Positions 29,654 through 38,698 of a stretch of DNA of 64,000 bases are shown piece by piece. The stretch is from the sequence record SRR22947727_2846, one strand, 5' to 3'. The notes under the pieces were generated by a model that did no database searches, was not told where the DNA came from, and saw only the letters and a list, made by a program, of their open reading frames with translations. The translations under genes and the position numbers were made by a program. Within the stretch, counting starts at the first letter, position 1; each line of letters begins with the position of its first letter.

Positions 29654-30586
29654 ATGTTCCGAGATGAGATTTTTCGCGAAGCCATGGAACTTTCTGACGT
29701 TCCTCGCGGCCTTCCCCTTGTCGCGGGTCTCACCGGTTTTGCCGATGCAGGTGGAGCTGTCAGCCAGGTCAATAAGTATGTGTTTGAGACGCTGGAGACT
29801 CAGCGCGTGGGGGCTTTCGTCAACGACCTGCTGGTTGACTACCGAGCTCGTCGTCCTCTCTTTCACTTCGAGGAAACGTCTCTGACCTCGTACGAGCCTC
29901 CACGGCTTTCTCTCGACCTTGTCAAAGACGAGTTGGGGTCTCAGTTCCTCTTTCTCTCAGGCTATGAACCTGATTTCCGTTGGGAGCAGGTGAGCGACGC
30001 CGTCCTCGACCTCATTGATGACCTTGCGGTGGAGAGCAGCTCCTGGGTCCACGCCATTCCGATGCCGGTTCCGCACACCCGGAGCCTGGGTGTGACCGTC
30101 AGCGGAAACCGCGAGGACATCACAGATGCTCTTTCGGTGTGGCGACCCACCACGAGTGTTCCGGGAACTCTGATGCATTTGATCGAATACCGCCTCCAAG
30201 AGGCCGGGCACCCCACTGCAGGCTTTGTGGTGTTGGTTCCCCATTATCTTGCCGACACGGAGTTCCCCGACGCCGCAATTGCAGCACTCCAGAGCGTGAG
30301 TCAAGCCACCGGCTTGATTTTTCCGACCGATGCTTTGCGTGAATCTGGTCGGTTGTTCCTGCAGGGAATTGCCGAGCAGGTGGAGGACAACCATGAGTTG
30401 CGGAAGCTGGTCGACACTCTCGAGAGTCGCCACGACTCCTATATGCAGGACAACCCCGTGCCCTCACCCCTGATGGGTGCCGACGGGGAGATCCCGAATG
30501 CGGATGACATTGCCCAGGAGTTGCAGAACTTTCTGGCCAAGCGCGGCGACCAAGAAGCACCGGGCGAAGGTCTCGACGAAACGTAG
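29654..30586 (+). CDS. PAC2 family (proteasome assembly chaperone-like) protein
   Basis: GFADAGG, DYRARRP, GYEPDFRW, IPMPVPHTR and VPHYL motifs. Confidence 0.9.
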   Translation: MFRDEIFREAMELSDVPRGLPLVAGLTGFADAGGAVSQVNKYVFETLETQRVGAFVNDLLVDYRARRPLFHFEETSLTSYEPPRLSLDLVKDELGSQFLFLSGYEPDFRWEQVSDAVLDLIDDLAVESSSWVHAIPMPVPHTRSLGVTVSGNREDITDALSVWRPTTSVPGTLMHLIEYRLQEAGHPTAGFVVLVPHYLADTEFPDAAIAALQSVSQATGLIFPTDALRESGRLFLQGIAEQVEDNHELRKLVDTLESRHDSYMQDNPVPSPLMGADGEIPNADDIAQELQNFLAKRGDQEAPGEGLDET

Positions 30587-30719
30587 GGCTCGCGGGGCTG
30601 GAGTGTCCGGTGTCGAGGTCGAATCGTGACATAATGTGGAGGAAGGCCCTGCGAGTTCACATCCGTGAAACTTGACAAGGGTTTTCTTACTGCCCGTCAC
30701 ACAGTGGAGCAGGTGGCTT

Positions 30720-32519
30720 ATGGCTCAACGCACACCGTCCGAATCTCGTGCGGGAAAAAAGCCACAGAAACAGAGTCTTCTGGATCGTGTCCGCGGTTTT
30801 GGGCGTGGTTCTTCACAAACTGACAAGAAAGCAGCACCAACACCTGTGACCCCAGCAGCGAAAAAGCCCGCCACAAAGTCCGCACCTTCGAAGCCTGCTT
30901 CCACCCCAGCAGCCAAGAAAACTGCCGCAAAGAAGGCTCCCGCGACTAAAGCGCCAGCGCAAAAGGCACCTGCAAAGAAGCCTGCACCTGCGAAATCCGC
31001 CGCCCCAGCTCCTGCGGCGAAGAAGCCTGCAGCGAAAAAGCCGGTTGCCAAGAAGCCCGTTGCCCAGAAACCGGCAGCGAAGAAGCCTGCAGCAAAGAAG
31101 CCTGCGGTGGCAAAGTCTGCTGCTCCCAAGACCGCAGCCGCCAAGCCGACTACGAAGGCTCCCGCGAAGAAAGCTGCACCAGCCAAGGCGTCGACCGCGA
31201 AAGCTGCCGCTTCCAAAGCTCCTGCAAAGAAAACTCCCGCGAAAGCGGCTGCCGCGAAGGCTCCAGCAAAGGCCACACCTGCCAAGAAAGCTGCACCTGT
31301 TGCTCCCAAGTCGAGCGGTGCCACACGGGGCAAAAAAGCTTCGTCTGCGGCCGGTGTTCTCGACGGCGATGGGGACGATGAGCCCGACGTCATCGAGGTT
31401 GAGGATAAGTCCGGTGACACTGAGACCGATGTAGTTCCTGACGCTGTCGCAGAGAAACTGGGTGCCGAGATCATTGCCGGGCTTGCGGAAGCTGCTCTGG
31501 ATGACGAGGACGAGGTCGAAAAAGCTGTGCTGCCGCAGGGCGCCCTCGTGCTCTCGAGCACAGATGACGATGATGCACCCATCATTTCCACGACAATTAC
31601 CGGCGCCACCGCGGATCCTGTCAAGGACTACCTGAAGCAAATCGGTAAAGTCGCGCTCCTCAATGCTGAGCAAGAAGTGGAGCTCGCGTTGCGTATCGAA
31701 GCCGGCCTGTTTGCGGAAGAGAAGCTCTCCTCGCTCACCGCGTCACAGCGCACTACGAAGCTCGCGCGTGAACTGCACGAGATTGCGAAGGATGGCCAGC
31801 GGGCTAAGAACCACCTACTGGGAGCAAACCTGCGTCTGGTGGTGTCGCTGGCGAAGCGCTACACCGGTCGAGGAATGCAGTTCCTGGACCTCATTCAAGA
31901 GGGAAACCTTGGTCTGATTCGTGCTGTCGAGAAGTTCGACTACACCAAGGGCTTCAAGTTCTCGACCTACGCCACCTGGTGGATCCGGCAGGCGATCACG
32001 CGCGCCATGGCCGACCAAGCTCGCACGATTCGTATCCCCGTGCACATGGTCGAAGTCATCAACAAGCTCGCTCGTGTGCAGCGCCAAATGTTGCAAGACC
32101 TCGGTCGCGAGCCCACGCCGGAAGAGTTGGCTCGCGAACTGGACATGACGCCCGAAAAGGTCGTCGAAGTGCAGAAATATGGCCGCGAGCCCATCTCCCT
32201 TCACACCCCCTTGGGCGAGGACGGTGACAGCGAATTTGGTGATCTCATTGAGGACACCGAAGCAGTGGTTCCTGCGGATGCAGTGGGATTCACCATGCTG
32301 CAACGCCAGTTGGAAATGTTGCTCGATTCGCTCTCAGAGCGCGAAGCCGGCGTGATTCGTATGCGCTTCGGTCTTGGCGATGGCATGCCCAAGACCTTGG
32401 ATCAAATAGGAGACACCTTCGGTGTTACCCGTGAGCGCATCCGCCAAATAGAGTCCAAGACGATGGCGAAATTGCGCCACCCGTCCCGCTCGCAGGCTCT
32501 TCGCGACTACCTCGAGTAG
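30720..32519 (+). CDS. sigA: principal RNA polymerase sigma factor (SigA/HrdB) with long Lys/Ala/Pro-rich N-terminus
   Basis: [49 protein letters not shown] and TRERIRQIE motifs. Confidence 0.97.
   Translation: MAQRTPSESRAGKKPQKQSLLDRVRGFGRGSSQTDKKAAPTPVTPAAKKPATKSAPSKPASTPAAKKTAAKKAPATKAPAQKAPAKKPAPAKSAAPAPAAKKPAAKKPVAKKPVAQKPAAKKPAAKKPAVAKSAAPKTAAAKPTTKAPAKKAAPAKASTAKAAASKAPAKKTPAKAAAAKAPAKATPAKKAAPVAPKSSGATRGKKASSAAGVLDGDGDDEPDVIEVEDKSGDTETDVVPDAVAEKLGAEIIAGLAEAALDDEDEVEKAVLPQGALVLSSTDDDDAPIISTTITGATADPVKDYLKQIGKVALLNAEQEVELALRIEAGLFAEEKLSSLTASQRTTKLARELHEIAKDGQRAKNHLLGANLRLVVSLAKRYTGRGMQFLDLIQEGNLGLIRAVEKFDYTKGFKFSTYATWWIRQAITRAMADQARTIRIPVHMVEVINKLARVQRQMLQDLGREPTPEELARELDMTPEKVVEVQKYGREPISLHTPLGEDGDSEFGDLIEDTEAVVPADAVGFTMLQRQLEMLLDSLSEREAGVIRMRFGLGDGMPKTLDQIGDTFGVTRERIRQIESKTMAKLRHPSRSQALRDYLE
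31017..31106 (+). repeat. in-frame 15-bp tandem repeat encoding (A-K/Q-K-P-A/V) x6 within the sigA N-terminus
   Basis: gcgaagaagcctgca-like units; protein reads [30 protein letters not shown]. Confidence 0.8.
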
Positions 32520-32524
32520 GCCCT

Positions 32525-33796
32525 GTGGGTAAGTTTCCCTCGTTCGTTATCGCGAAACTTTTGCGGTTTCTCACGCGATTGCGTGGAGGGGGCTCGGCGT
32601 TCCCCGGCCTTGCACTCCTGAGAATGCGTCCCGATGTTCTCTCGGAGACCCTCGGAGCACTGCCACGCGGCACTGTGTTTGTGTCAGGGTCGAATGGAAA
32701 GTCGACGACCACCACAATGATGGCGTCCCTGATGCGCGCTCATGGTGTCTCCGTATTCACCAATCCCGCCGGCGGAAACCTGCCACAGGGCCTGGCGTCC
32801 GCGGTAGTGGGCGCTGCCAGCGTCACAGGTCGTGTCTCTGCGGACATCGCTGTCCTCGAGGTTGACGAGGCATACGCGGGCATGATTGCCGATGCCCTCG
32901 CTCCTGACTGGGTGGTGTTGACCAATCTCCAAGTCGATCAGCTCAATCGCTTCGGTGAACCCGAGAACGTGTATCGAATGCTGCGTGATCTTGCTGCTCG
33001 TGCACGAGTAGGTGTGATCGTCAATGCTGCGGATGCCAACCTTGTGGCGTTGGGAGCTGAGGTAGCTGGTGACGGCTCAAGGGTCGAGTTCGTCGACCTG
33101 TCCTCAGATGCTCTCGCCAGCGCCGCTCACGGTGTCGTGGCGGCACCACTGTTTGCTGAGGCGCCGGAGAGACTCCCTGGTGATTCCCTCGCGACCTTGG
33201 TCTCGACAGAAGGCCAGCGGGCGACAGTGAGACTCGGTGGCAGCACTTTCGAGCTCGATCTCCCCGCTCCTGGTTTGCATTACGCCGTGGATGCTGCACT
33301 CGCGCTGGGATGCCTGGCTGCGGTCCTCGGGAAGCCCATCGACCTCGACGCTGTGGGCACGGCAATGAGCGCTGGAGCGCCGGTCTATGGGCGCGGCGAG
33401 GTCATTACCCACAAGGGCGCGCAGATAGCGCTCACGATGATGAAAAACCTCCCCAGTTTGCAGGTCAACATCGATGCGATGAGCCATTCGCCGGAGCTTG
33501 TCTGGGTTGCAGTAGACGAGGGGACCCCCGATCCCTCCTGGCTCTATGAAGTCGATCTGGGCCCGATCGACCATGTGGACGTCCTCACCGGCACCAAAGC
33601 GTGGCAGTGGGCTGTCTTCCTCGACTACCGAGGGATTCCTTATGGCCAGGTCATTGAAGACTCCGCGGAGGCCCTCGCCGCCGTGCGATCGATGGCTCTG
33701 GAACGAGGCGTCACGGTATCGGCCATCGTCAATTACGAGCAGATGATGCTTATTCGGCGGCTTGCCGGCTATAAAGAACTTGAGGGCGCGCGATGA
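32525..33796 (+). CDS. murT: MurT-type Mur ligase (lipid II isoglutaminyl synthase family, DUF1727 C-terminus), divergent
   Basis: GSAFPG, GSNGKSTT P-loop, LEVDEA, NLQVDQLNRFGE, YGRGE, KN and DPSWLYEVD motifs; followed by a gatD-like gene. Confidence 0.88.
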   Translation: MGKFPSFVIAKLLRFLTRLRGGGSAFPGLALLRMRPDVLSETLGALPRGTVFVSGSNGKSTTTTMMASLMRAHGVSVFTNPAGGNLPQGLASAVVGAASVTGRVSADIAVLEVDEAYAGMIADALAPDWVVLTNLQVDQLNRFGEPENVYRMLRDLAARARVGVIVNAADANLVALGAEVAGDGSRVEFVDLSSDALASAAHGVVAAPLFAEAPERLPGDSLATLVSTEGQRATVRLGGSTFELDLPAPGLHYAVDAALALGCLAAVLGKPIDLDAVGTAMSAGAPVYGRGEVITHKGAQIALTMMKNLPSLQVNIDAMSHSPELVWVAVDEGTPDPSWLYEVDLGPIDHVDVLTGTKAWQWAVFLDYRGIPYGQVIEDSAEALAAVRSMALERGVTVSAIVNYEQMMLIRRLAGYKELEGAR

Positions 33797-34524
33797 CCCA
33801 GTGGTTCACCATCGCGAGAGTTCTTCCCGAGCGTCTCGGGCTGAATGGAAGCTCGGCATCTGCCGAGATTCTCGCCATGACATTGCGCCAGATGGGCCAT
33901 GAGGCGTCCATTGTTGATATTCATGGTCCAGCTGACGCGCCCAGCACCGTTGACATCGTGACCATCGGTAGCGGCTCTACCTCGCAACTTGCCCCTGCGG
34001 CGACAGATTTGATCGCTCTCGTGCGAACTTTTCAGCATTGGAAGAATTCTGGGGCGCACTGGGTTGCCATCGGAATGGGCTGGGATCTCCTGGGGGAGTC
34101 CTTGATGACTGCAGAGGGAGACAAAGTCCCTGGCGCAGGAATTTTTCCCTCTCGTGCCGATTACCGCGCCGGGAGGTTATCGGGCGAGGTTCGAGGCTCT
34201 GACTTCAAAGGTCGCGAGAGCGCCGGCTATATCAATCAGGTTGGCACGACTGAGTTGAAGGACGATGTAGGGCCGCTCATGACGCTGGAGGGTGCGCCCG
34301 AGGGATGGCCTGAACAGGAGGGGCTTCGTGCGCCACAACTGTTCGCCACCAGGCTTGGTGGGCCAGCGCTGGCCCTCAATCCGCACTGGGCGCTCGACAT
34401 TGTGACCGATGTGCTGGCGTCACGCGGGCTACAGCCACAACTTAACGATTTTCACACCCGCGTTGAGTCTGCGGCGGCTCGCGCACGAGCGTTGATCGTC
34501 GGACGGCTTAGTTCTCGTCGATAA
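33793..34524 (+). CDS. gatD: GatD/CobQ-like type 1 glutamine amidotransferase homolog, catalytic residues apparently lost
   Basis: GatD layout and GPxLxxNP motif kept, but AIGMGWDLLG replaces AICGGYQLLG and TRLGGP replaces TYxHGP; 4-bp overlap with murT. Confidence 0.8.
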   Translation: MTQWFTIARVLPERLGLNGSSASAEILAMTLRQMGHEASIVDIHGPADAPSTVDIVTIGSGSTSQLAPAATDLIALVRTFQHWKNSGAHWVAIGMGWDLLGESLMTAEGDKVPGAGIFPSRADYRAGRLSGEVRGSDFKGRESAGYINQVGTTELKDDVGPLMTLEGAPEGWPEQEGLRAPQLFATRLGGPALALNPHWALDIVTDVLASRGLQPQLNDFHTRVESAAARARALIVGRLSSRR

Positions 34525-35581
34525 ATTTTCGCGGCACGTGGGGAGCGAGCGAGGCCACCACCTCATCGCCGATCGTGTTGGCCCACGAGGCCCAGTCCTC
34601 GGCGCGAGGTGACGCCCCCTGTGGGTCACCCCAAAGCGTGATCCACTCACCCACTGGCGGAAGGGGTGAATCGCCCTCGGAGTGAATGATGAGGTGATCG
34701 GCGTCCACCGTCTCTATGGGGTAGCGAACTCCGTGGTGGCTGACCCAGCCGAGGCCAGCCTGCGGGGGTAAGAGCCCATCGCCAAATCCCATTCCGAGCG
34801 TCGCCCTGTCGCCTTGTGGGCTGTGGGAGAGCACCTGAGCGTGAACGGACATCACGGGTTCGAAGCCCATGTCCTGAGCTGTGCGGTCATCGAAGGGTGA
34901 CACCCCGTACACGATGATGCCAATACGAACCATGTCGAGTCGGGTTTCAGGTAAGTCCGCTGCAGCGGCGGACGCCGCAATGTGAAGAAGGGACGGAGAC
35001 AGCCCCGCATCCCGAGCGATGGCGACAGCGTCCTGGAATCGTTGCAGGGAGGACCTGTCCTCCTCCAGTGAGGTGTCCGCAAGGTGGGACCAGATTCCGA
35101 CGACAGTGATGTGACCCTCGGCCTCCAGGGCAGCCGCGTGACGCACGAGTTCTGGCCAGTGCTCTGCCAATGCTCCGTTTCGGTGGAGACCAGTGTCGAT
35201 TTTGAGGTGAACACGGGTGTTCATCGCTGGAGCCTGTTCCACCAGAAGATCGAGTTGCCAGCTTCCAGAAATTCCGAGGTCCAGTTTTGCCCGAGCTGCG
35301 GCACCGAAGTCACTCGTGGGGGAGTGCAGCCAGCACAGCAGGGGTAAGTTCGGCTCGGTCTCCCGCAGGGCTATCCCTTGGGCGATGTCGAGTACGGCGA
35401 GAGCGTCGGCGCCCGCTTCACGGGCGGCGCGGGCGAGGGCCTGGGCACCATGACCATACGCCTCGGACTTGACCGCGATCATGAGCTGGGCATCACCGGC
35501 CAGCGTGTCCTTTGCGTGGGAAACGTTGGCCCGAAATGCCGGGAGCGAAATTTCCGCGTAGCAGCGAGGTGCTAGTTCCAT
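34508..35581 (-). CDS. alanine racemase family protein with intact PLP barrel and degenerate C-terminal domain
   Basis: AVKSEAYGHG (PLP Lys38), HLKIDTGLHRNG, WSHLA and DMVRIGIIVYG motifs; no VSYG Tyr motif. Confidence 0.88.
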   Translation of the reverse strand: MELAPRCYAEISLPAFRANVSHAKDTLAGDAQLMIAVKSEAYGHGAQALARAAREAGADALAVLDIAQGIALRETEPNLPLLCWLHSPTSDFGAAARAKLDLGISGSWQLDLLVEQAPAMNTRVHLKIDTGLHRNGALAEHWPELVRHAAALEAEGHITVVGIWSHLADTSLEEDRSSLQRFQDAVAIARDAGLSPSLLHIAASAAAADLPETRLDMVRIGIIVYGVSPFDDRTAQDMGFEPVMSVHAQVLSHSPQGDRATLGMGFGDGLLPPQAGLGWVSHHGVRYPIETVDADHLIIHSEGDSPLPPVGEWITLWGDPQGASPRAEDWASWANTIGDEVVASLAPHVPRKFIDEN

Positions 35582-36222
35582 ATTTTGACCACCCGGGGCG
35601 CTAGCTGGGCGATGAGGAGCGCCACCGGACGAGAGGACCACTGTGACCATTCGGTCACGCTGGGATCAGTTCCCCAGATGGTCACCACGTCACCAAGATC
35701 GGCCGATTCATCTCCGATGTCGAGAACCATCTGGTCCATGGCGATCCGACCGGCAACCCTGTGTCGGATGCCGCCGAGAGAAACTTCGCCTTTCATGGAC
35801 GCGCTTCTTGGCACTCCGTCGGCGAATCCCACGCTCACCAATGCCAGGGTCGTTTCAGACGTTGTTCGGTACTGATAGCCATAGGACACCGGAGTTCCCG
35901 CGGGCACACGCTTCAGGGACACGACATCGCCTTCCAGGGTCACGACGGGACGAGGCGCTTCCAGCCAGCTTGTGGAACCAGGGGCTTCCTGTGACGTGGG
36001 GCTCAGAACAGACGCTTCTTTGTCTGCGGGTGAGTGCAGCGCCTGCGCCACACCGGCATCGCGAGCCAGTGCGCTCACGCGCTCAATGCCCAGGCCGTAC
36101 GCGTTGCAGCGCAAGTCGGGGATGAGTTCCCGCGAGGCCAGTCCGGCAAACGCTTCAACGAGTGCCTCCTGGGAGAGCAGTGCTCGTCGCAGTGGGGCGC
36201 TCAGACTAGCTGGCGCGGTCAT
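35572..36222 (-). CDS. alanine racemase C-terminal-domain protein with vestigial barrel
   Basis: PVSYGYQY, VGFADGVPR and GRIAMDQ motifs; N-terminal remnant DLRCNAYGLG lacks the PLP Lys. Confidence 0.88.
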   Translation of the reverse strand: MTAPASLSAPLRRALLSQEALVEAFAGLASRELIPDLRCNAYGLGIERVSALARDAGVAQALHSPADKEASVLSPTSQEAPGSTSWLEAPRPVVTLEGDVVSLKRVPAGTPVSYGYQYRTTSETTLALVSVGFADGVPRSASMKGEVSLGGIRHRVAGRIAMDQMVLDIGDESADLGDVVTIWGTDPSVTEWSQWSSRPVALLIAQLAPRVVKIWN

Positions 36223-36439
36223 TCCGTAGGCGGTCTGTCTCGTCGTGCCACCCGACCACCTTGTCGCCTAGCGACTCGCGATACTTGGCCGCGTGGTGAC
36301 CGCAGAACAAAAGTTCACCGCTGGCAAGAGTGACGCGCACATAAGCCTGCGCACCGCAGCTATCGCAGAGGTCCATTGCTCCCAAGGCTGCGGGGGTCTC
36401 GAGGGGTGCTTCTGTTGTCTCAGGTGCTGCGTACGACAT
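36206..36439 (-). CDS. small putative zinc-binding protein (CDSC...FCGHH), conserved near parE in Actinobacteria
   Basis: DLCDSCGAQAYVRV...LLFCGHH pattern; GAGGAG RBS. Confidence 0.85.
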   Translation of the reverse strand: MSYAAPETTEAPLETPAALGAMDLCDSCGAQAYVRVTLASGELLFCGHHAAKYRESLGDKVVGWHDETDRLRNDRAS

Positions 36440-36616
36440 TTCTTCTCCTCGAGCTCGTGTGGGCTGTTGCACTATTCCACCACGCCTTCTTGTCATTCAC
36501 CTGCCAGACTCTCCCAGTTTCGCCGACCGCGTATTGCGCCTTCTCGGCGGTGCTCGGGGTGTGGCGGGGTGGTGAGCAATAGGCTCGGGACGTTAGTTCG
36601 CAAGGAAAGAGAGACC

Positions 36617-38698
36617 GTGGCCTCACAGGATTATTCCGCCAGGCATTTGACCGTACTGGAGGGTCTCGAGGCGGTTCGTAAGCGCCCGGGTATGTACATT
36701 GGGTCCACCGATTCCCGGGGTCTGATGCATTGTCTTTGGGAACTCATTGATAACTCAGTCGATGAATCTGTGGGTGGACACGGGTCGGACATTACGGTGC
36801 AAATCCATGCCGATGGCAGCGTGCAGGTGGGCGATCACGGCCGCGGGGTGCCGGTTGATATCGAGCCTCGCACCGGACTTACTGGTCTGGAGCTTGTGTT
36901 CACCAAGCTTCACGCGGGAGGAAAGTTCGGCGCAGGGTCATACGCCGCGTCCGGAGGACTCCACGGTGTTGGAGCTTCAGTGGTCAACGCGCTCGCAGAA
37001 CGGCTTGATGTTGAGGTCGATCGGGACGGAAAAACCTGGGGTATGTCGTTCCACCGCGGTGAGCCTGGAGTTTTCCATGACACACCAGAGGGTCCCTCAC
37101 CGAGCTCTCCCTTTGAACCTTTCGTGGACGGTAGCGAACTCACTGTCCTTGGCACTGTAAAGAAGGGGGTCACGGGGACCCGCGTGCGATTCTGGCCGGA
37201 CCCCCAAATTTTTGGCAAGGGCGCAGCCTTTACTCCTGCTGAGCTGACCGAGCGAGCCCGCCAAACAGCCTTCTTGGTGCCGGGCTTGGCTATTCATGTT
37301 GATGACCACACTTCTGGCGAGAACGTTCGGACAACGTTCTCGGCCGCGGGAGGCTTGGCGGACTTTATGGAGTTCCTCGCTCCTGATCAACCAGTGGTGG
37401 GTCCGTGGCACTTTCACGGCGAGGGCCAGTTCGAAGAGACTGTGCCGGTTTTGGATGACACCGGAAAGCTCGAGTCACGCGATGTTGTGCGGACTGCCGC
37501 GGTCGACGTTGTCGTGCAGTGGGGCACGGGTTATGACACAGTCCAAAAAAGTTTCGTGAATATTATCCAGACCCCCAAGGGAGGAACTCATCAGCAAGGG
37601 TTCGACCTTGCGCTGGTGAAGACCTTGCGTGCAGAGATCGAGAAGAATGCGCGAAAACTCAAGGTCGGAAAGGACAAGGTCGAAAAGGACGACATTTTGG
37701 CCGGCCTCACCGCAATTATTGCTGTTCGAGTTCCCGAGCCCCAGTTTGAGGGTCAGACCAAAGAGGTGCTCGGTACGCCGGGAATCAAGGCCATCGTGTC
37801 TCAGGTTGTCTCGGAGGAATTGGGCCAGAAACTGACCTCGAGCAAGCGTGAAGACAAAGCATTCGCTGCGCTCTTGCAGGAAAAAATTGTGGCCGAGATG
37901 AAGACCCGTGTCTCGGCGCGCGCGCTGAAAGAAACCCAGCGGCGAAAAAATGCTCTGGAGTCATCGACCTTGCCGACCAAGTTAGTGGACTGTCGGAGCA
38001 AGGAGACCGAGGGGAGTGAGCTCTTCATTGTGGAGGGAGACTCTGCTCTGGGAACCGCGAAACTGGCGCGTGATTCAGAGCATCAGGCACTTCTGCCGAT
38101 TCGAGGGAAAATCTTGAACACCCAGAAAGCCTCTGTTCAGGACATGCTCGATAACCAGGAGTGTGCGGCGATTATTCAGGTGGTCGGGGCGGGTTCGGGT
38201 CGGACGTTTGACGTGACCCAGGCTCGCTACGGAAAAATCATCATCATGTCGGACGCTGATGTCGATGGCGCTCATATCCGTACGCTCCTGCTGACGCTCT
38301 TCTTCCGTTACATGCGGCCCCTCGTGGAGGAGGGCCGAGTGTATGCGGCTGTACCGCCTCTTCATCGCGTCGTCGTGAATGGCCGGGGGAAAGCCCCTAA
38401 AGAAATCATCTATACCTACTCGGAGGACGAGTTGCGGAGTCTCTTAGACGCTCTGCAAAAACAAGGGAAGACCTATCAAGAGCCCATCCAGCGCTACAAG
38501 GGTTTGGGCGAGATGGATGCCGATCAGCTCGCGGAAACGACGATGAACCGCGACAACCGGATGTTGCGGCGAGTCCGCGTGTCCGATGCGGAGAACGCTT
38601 CTCGCGTCTTTGAACTACTTATGGGCAATGAGGTGGCGCCCAGACGAGATTTCATTGTCCAGGGACCGGGACTGGCGTCTGAGCGGATAGACGCTTAG
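36617..38698 (+). CDS. parE: DNA topoisomerase IV subunit B (GyrB paralog)
   Basis: [53 protein letters not shown] and QRYKGLGEM motifs. Confidence 0.93.
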   Translation: MASQDYSARHLTVLEGLEAVRKRPGMYIGSTDSRGLMHCLWELIDNSVDESVGGHGSDITVQIHADGSVQVGDHGRGVPVDIEPRTGLTGLELVFTKLHAGGKFGAGSYAASGGLHGVGASVVNALAERLDVEVDRDGKTWGMSFHRGEPGVFHDTPEGPSPSSPFEPFVDGSELTVLGTVKKGVTGTRVRFWPDPQIFGKGAAFTPAELTERARQTAFLVPGLAIHVDDHTSGENVRTTFSAAGGLADFMEFLAPDQPVVGPWHFHGEGQFEETVPVLDDTGKLESRDVVRTAAVDVVVQWGTGYDTVQKSFVNIIQTPKGGTHQQGFDLALVKTLRAEIEKNARKLKVGKDKVEKDDILAGLTAIIAVRVPEPQFEGQTKEVLGTPGIKAIVSQVVSEELGQKLTSSKREDKAFAALLQEKIVAEMKTRVSARALKETQRRKNALESSTLPTKLVDCRSKETEGSELFIVEGDSALGTAKLARDSEHQALLPIRGKILNTQKASVQDMLDNQECAAIIQVVGAGSGRTFDVTQARYGKIIIMSDADVDGAHIRTLLLTLFFRYMRPLVEEGRVYAAVPPLHRVVVNGRGKAPKEIIYTYSEDELRSLLDALQKQGKTYQEPIQRYKGLGEMDADQLAETTMNRDNRMLRRVRVSDAENASRVFELLMGNEVAPRRDFIVQGPGLASERIDA

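Noticed and set aside
30840-31320. Repetitive DNA as a possible CRISPR array or non-coding tandem array
   Set aside because: Repeats are degenerate, in-frame and lack spacers; no cas genes.
30725-31673. Long antisense ORFs (299 and 286 aa) opposite sigA
   Set aside because: Mirror of the low-complexity AKKPA coding repeat; no independent motifs.
34508-36222. Racemase genes as decaying pseudogenes or one frameshifted gene
   Set aside because: Both frames are intact, the domain order is wrong for a frameshift (the C-domain gene is upstream), and the losses are reciprocal.
36293-36616. N-terminal extension of ParE
   Set aside because: It overlaps the small Zn-binding gene; RBS and homology support GTG 36617.
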